DNA of 63,977 nucleotides, counting the filler, from Octopus bimaculoides (Eukaryota), in NCBI RefSeq assembly GCF_001194135.2. It is 9 parts of 9 records of this genome, joined end to end, with 100 filler letters (N's around TTAATTAATTAA, not from the genome) between each part and the next. Parts side by side here need not be neighbours in the genome. Positions count along the whole stretch, not along the records: positions 62,419 to 63,977 come from NW_026313971.1; 8 more parts are not named here. One strand, 5' to 3'. Shown here in pieces: positions 63,396 through 63,977 of this stretch (its first letter is position 1; the number at the start of each line of letters is the position of its first letter). The translations under genes and the position numbers were made by a program. Under the pieces are notes generated by a model that worked only from the letters and a program-made list of their open reading frames with translations, was not told where the DNA came from and did not search any database.

Positions 63396-63977
63396 TATTG
63401 TTATTATTGTACATGTTAGAAATCCACCCCATCGTCATCATCACTTTAACTATCAACACCAGCACCACCTACTGCAACCGTCACGGCCACCACCATCGTC
63501 TTTCATCGTCACAATACATTTTATATTTATATCATGGTTAATAAAACAACGGCCTTACTGTTGATAATAATAGAATGGGTTGGCGACGATCAAGTGATCA
63601 AGTACATCGATAAAGGTTAAAGAGATCGGATTAATTACACTATGGAGATATAATGTGGGTGGAGGTTACCTTAGCCTCCGCCTCTCTACACTCAGCCACG
63701 TGCGTGCGTGCGTGTGTGTGTAGGACATGCCTAAAAAAACACACGCATATACGCTTTGTAATTTGTATATACATCCAAACGCATTCACCTAAATACGTGT
63801 GTGTGTGTGTGAAGGTGGGTATGCTTGTATTTGAATAAATGTGTGTGTATATACGTGTGTGTGTGTGTGTGTGTGTGTGTATGTCCACTTCTTTAACCTT
63901 TTATCGATATATTTGGAATTATGAACTTATATAGAGTACTGTAAATTATGTATGTGCGTATGTGTATATATATATAT

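Overview
Repeat-dense animal DNA, most likely an Octopus genome scaffold. That is inferred from the very high AT/GT/AAT/CAT microsatellite density, tRNA-headed SINE families, RTE and Dong/R4 LINE remnants, and N-gaps carrying an artificial TTAATTAATTAA spacer. Almost all listed ORFs are microsatellite or gap artefacts. The only host coding sequence I can support is two spliced minus-strand exons (51821-51748 and 50332-50275) that join in frame to give YPYELQQKVFLREVEQQFNSLNIR/S/FLKLYTTLPIPKLAAMIDI, the PCI-domain region of eIF3 subunit L; its other exons are not visible. The rest is: a near-complete but disrupted RTE LINE (about 53.9-57.4 kb) plus many 5'-truncated copies of its 3' UTR; RTE C2H2 tails; Dong/R4 and CR1/L2-type fragments; a Gypsy 5' LTR with a tRNA-Trp PBS next to a 2.7 kb 33-bp minisatellite; several MITEs (Tc2-, hAT-, piggyBac- and Helentron-like); three SINE families; and Penelope-like termini carrying minimal hammerhead-ribozyme motifs and long inverted repeats. 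SINE copies between about 35 and 58 kb show CpG decay, consistent with a methylated gene body. I found no clearly novel multi-gene system. The most unusual signals are the hammerhead-type motifs, several long near-perfect hairpins, and two minisatellites that look transposon-born.
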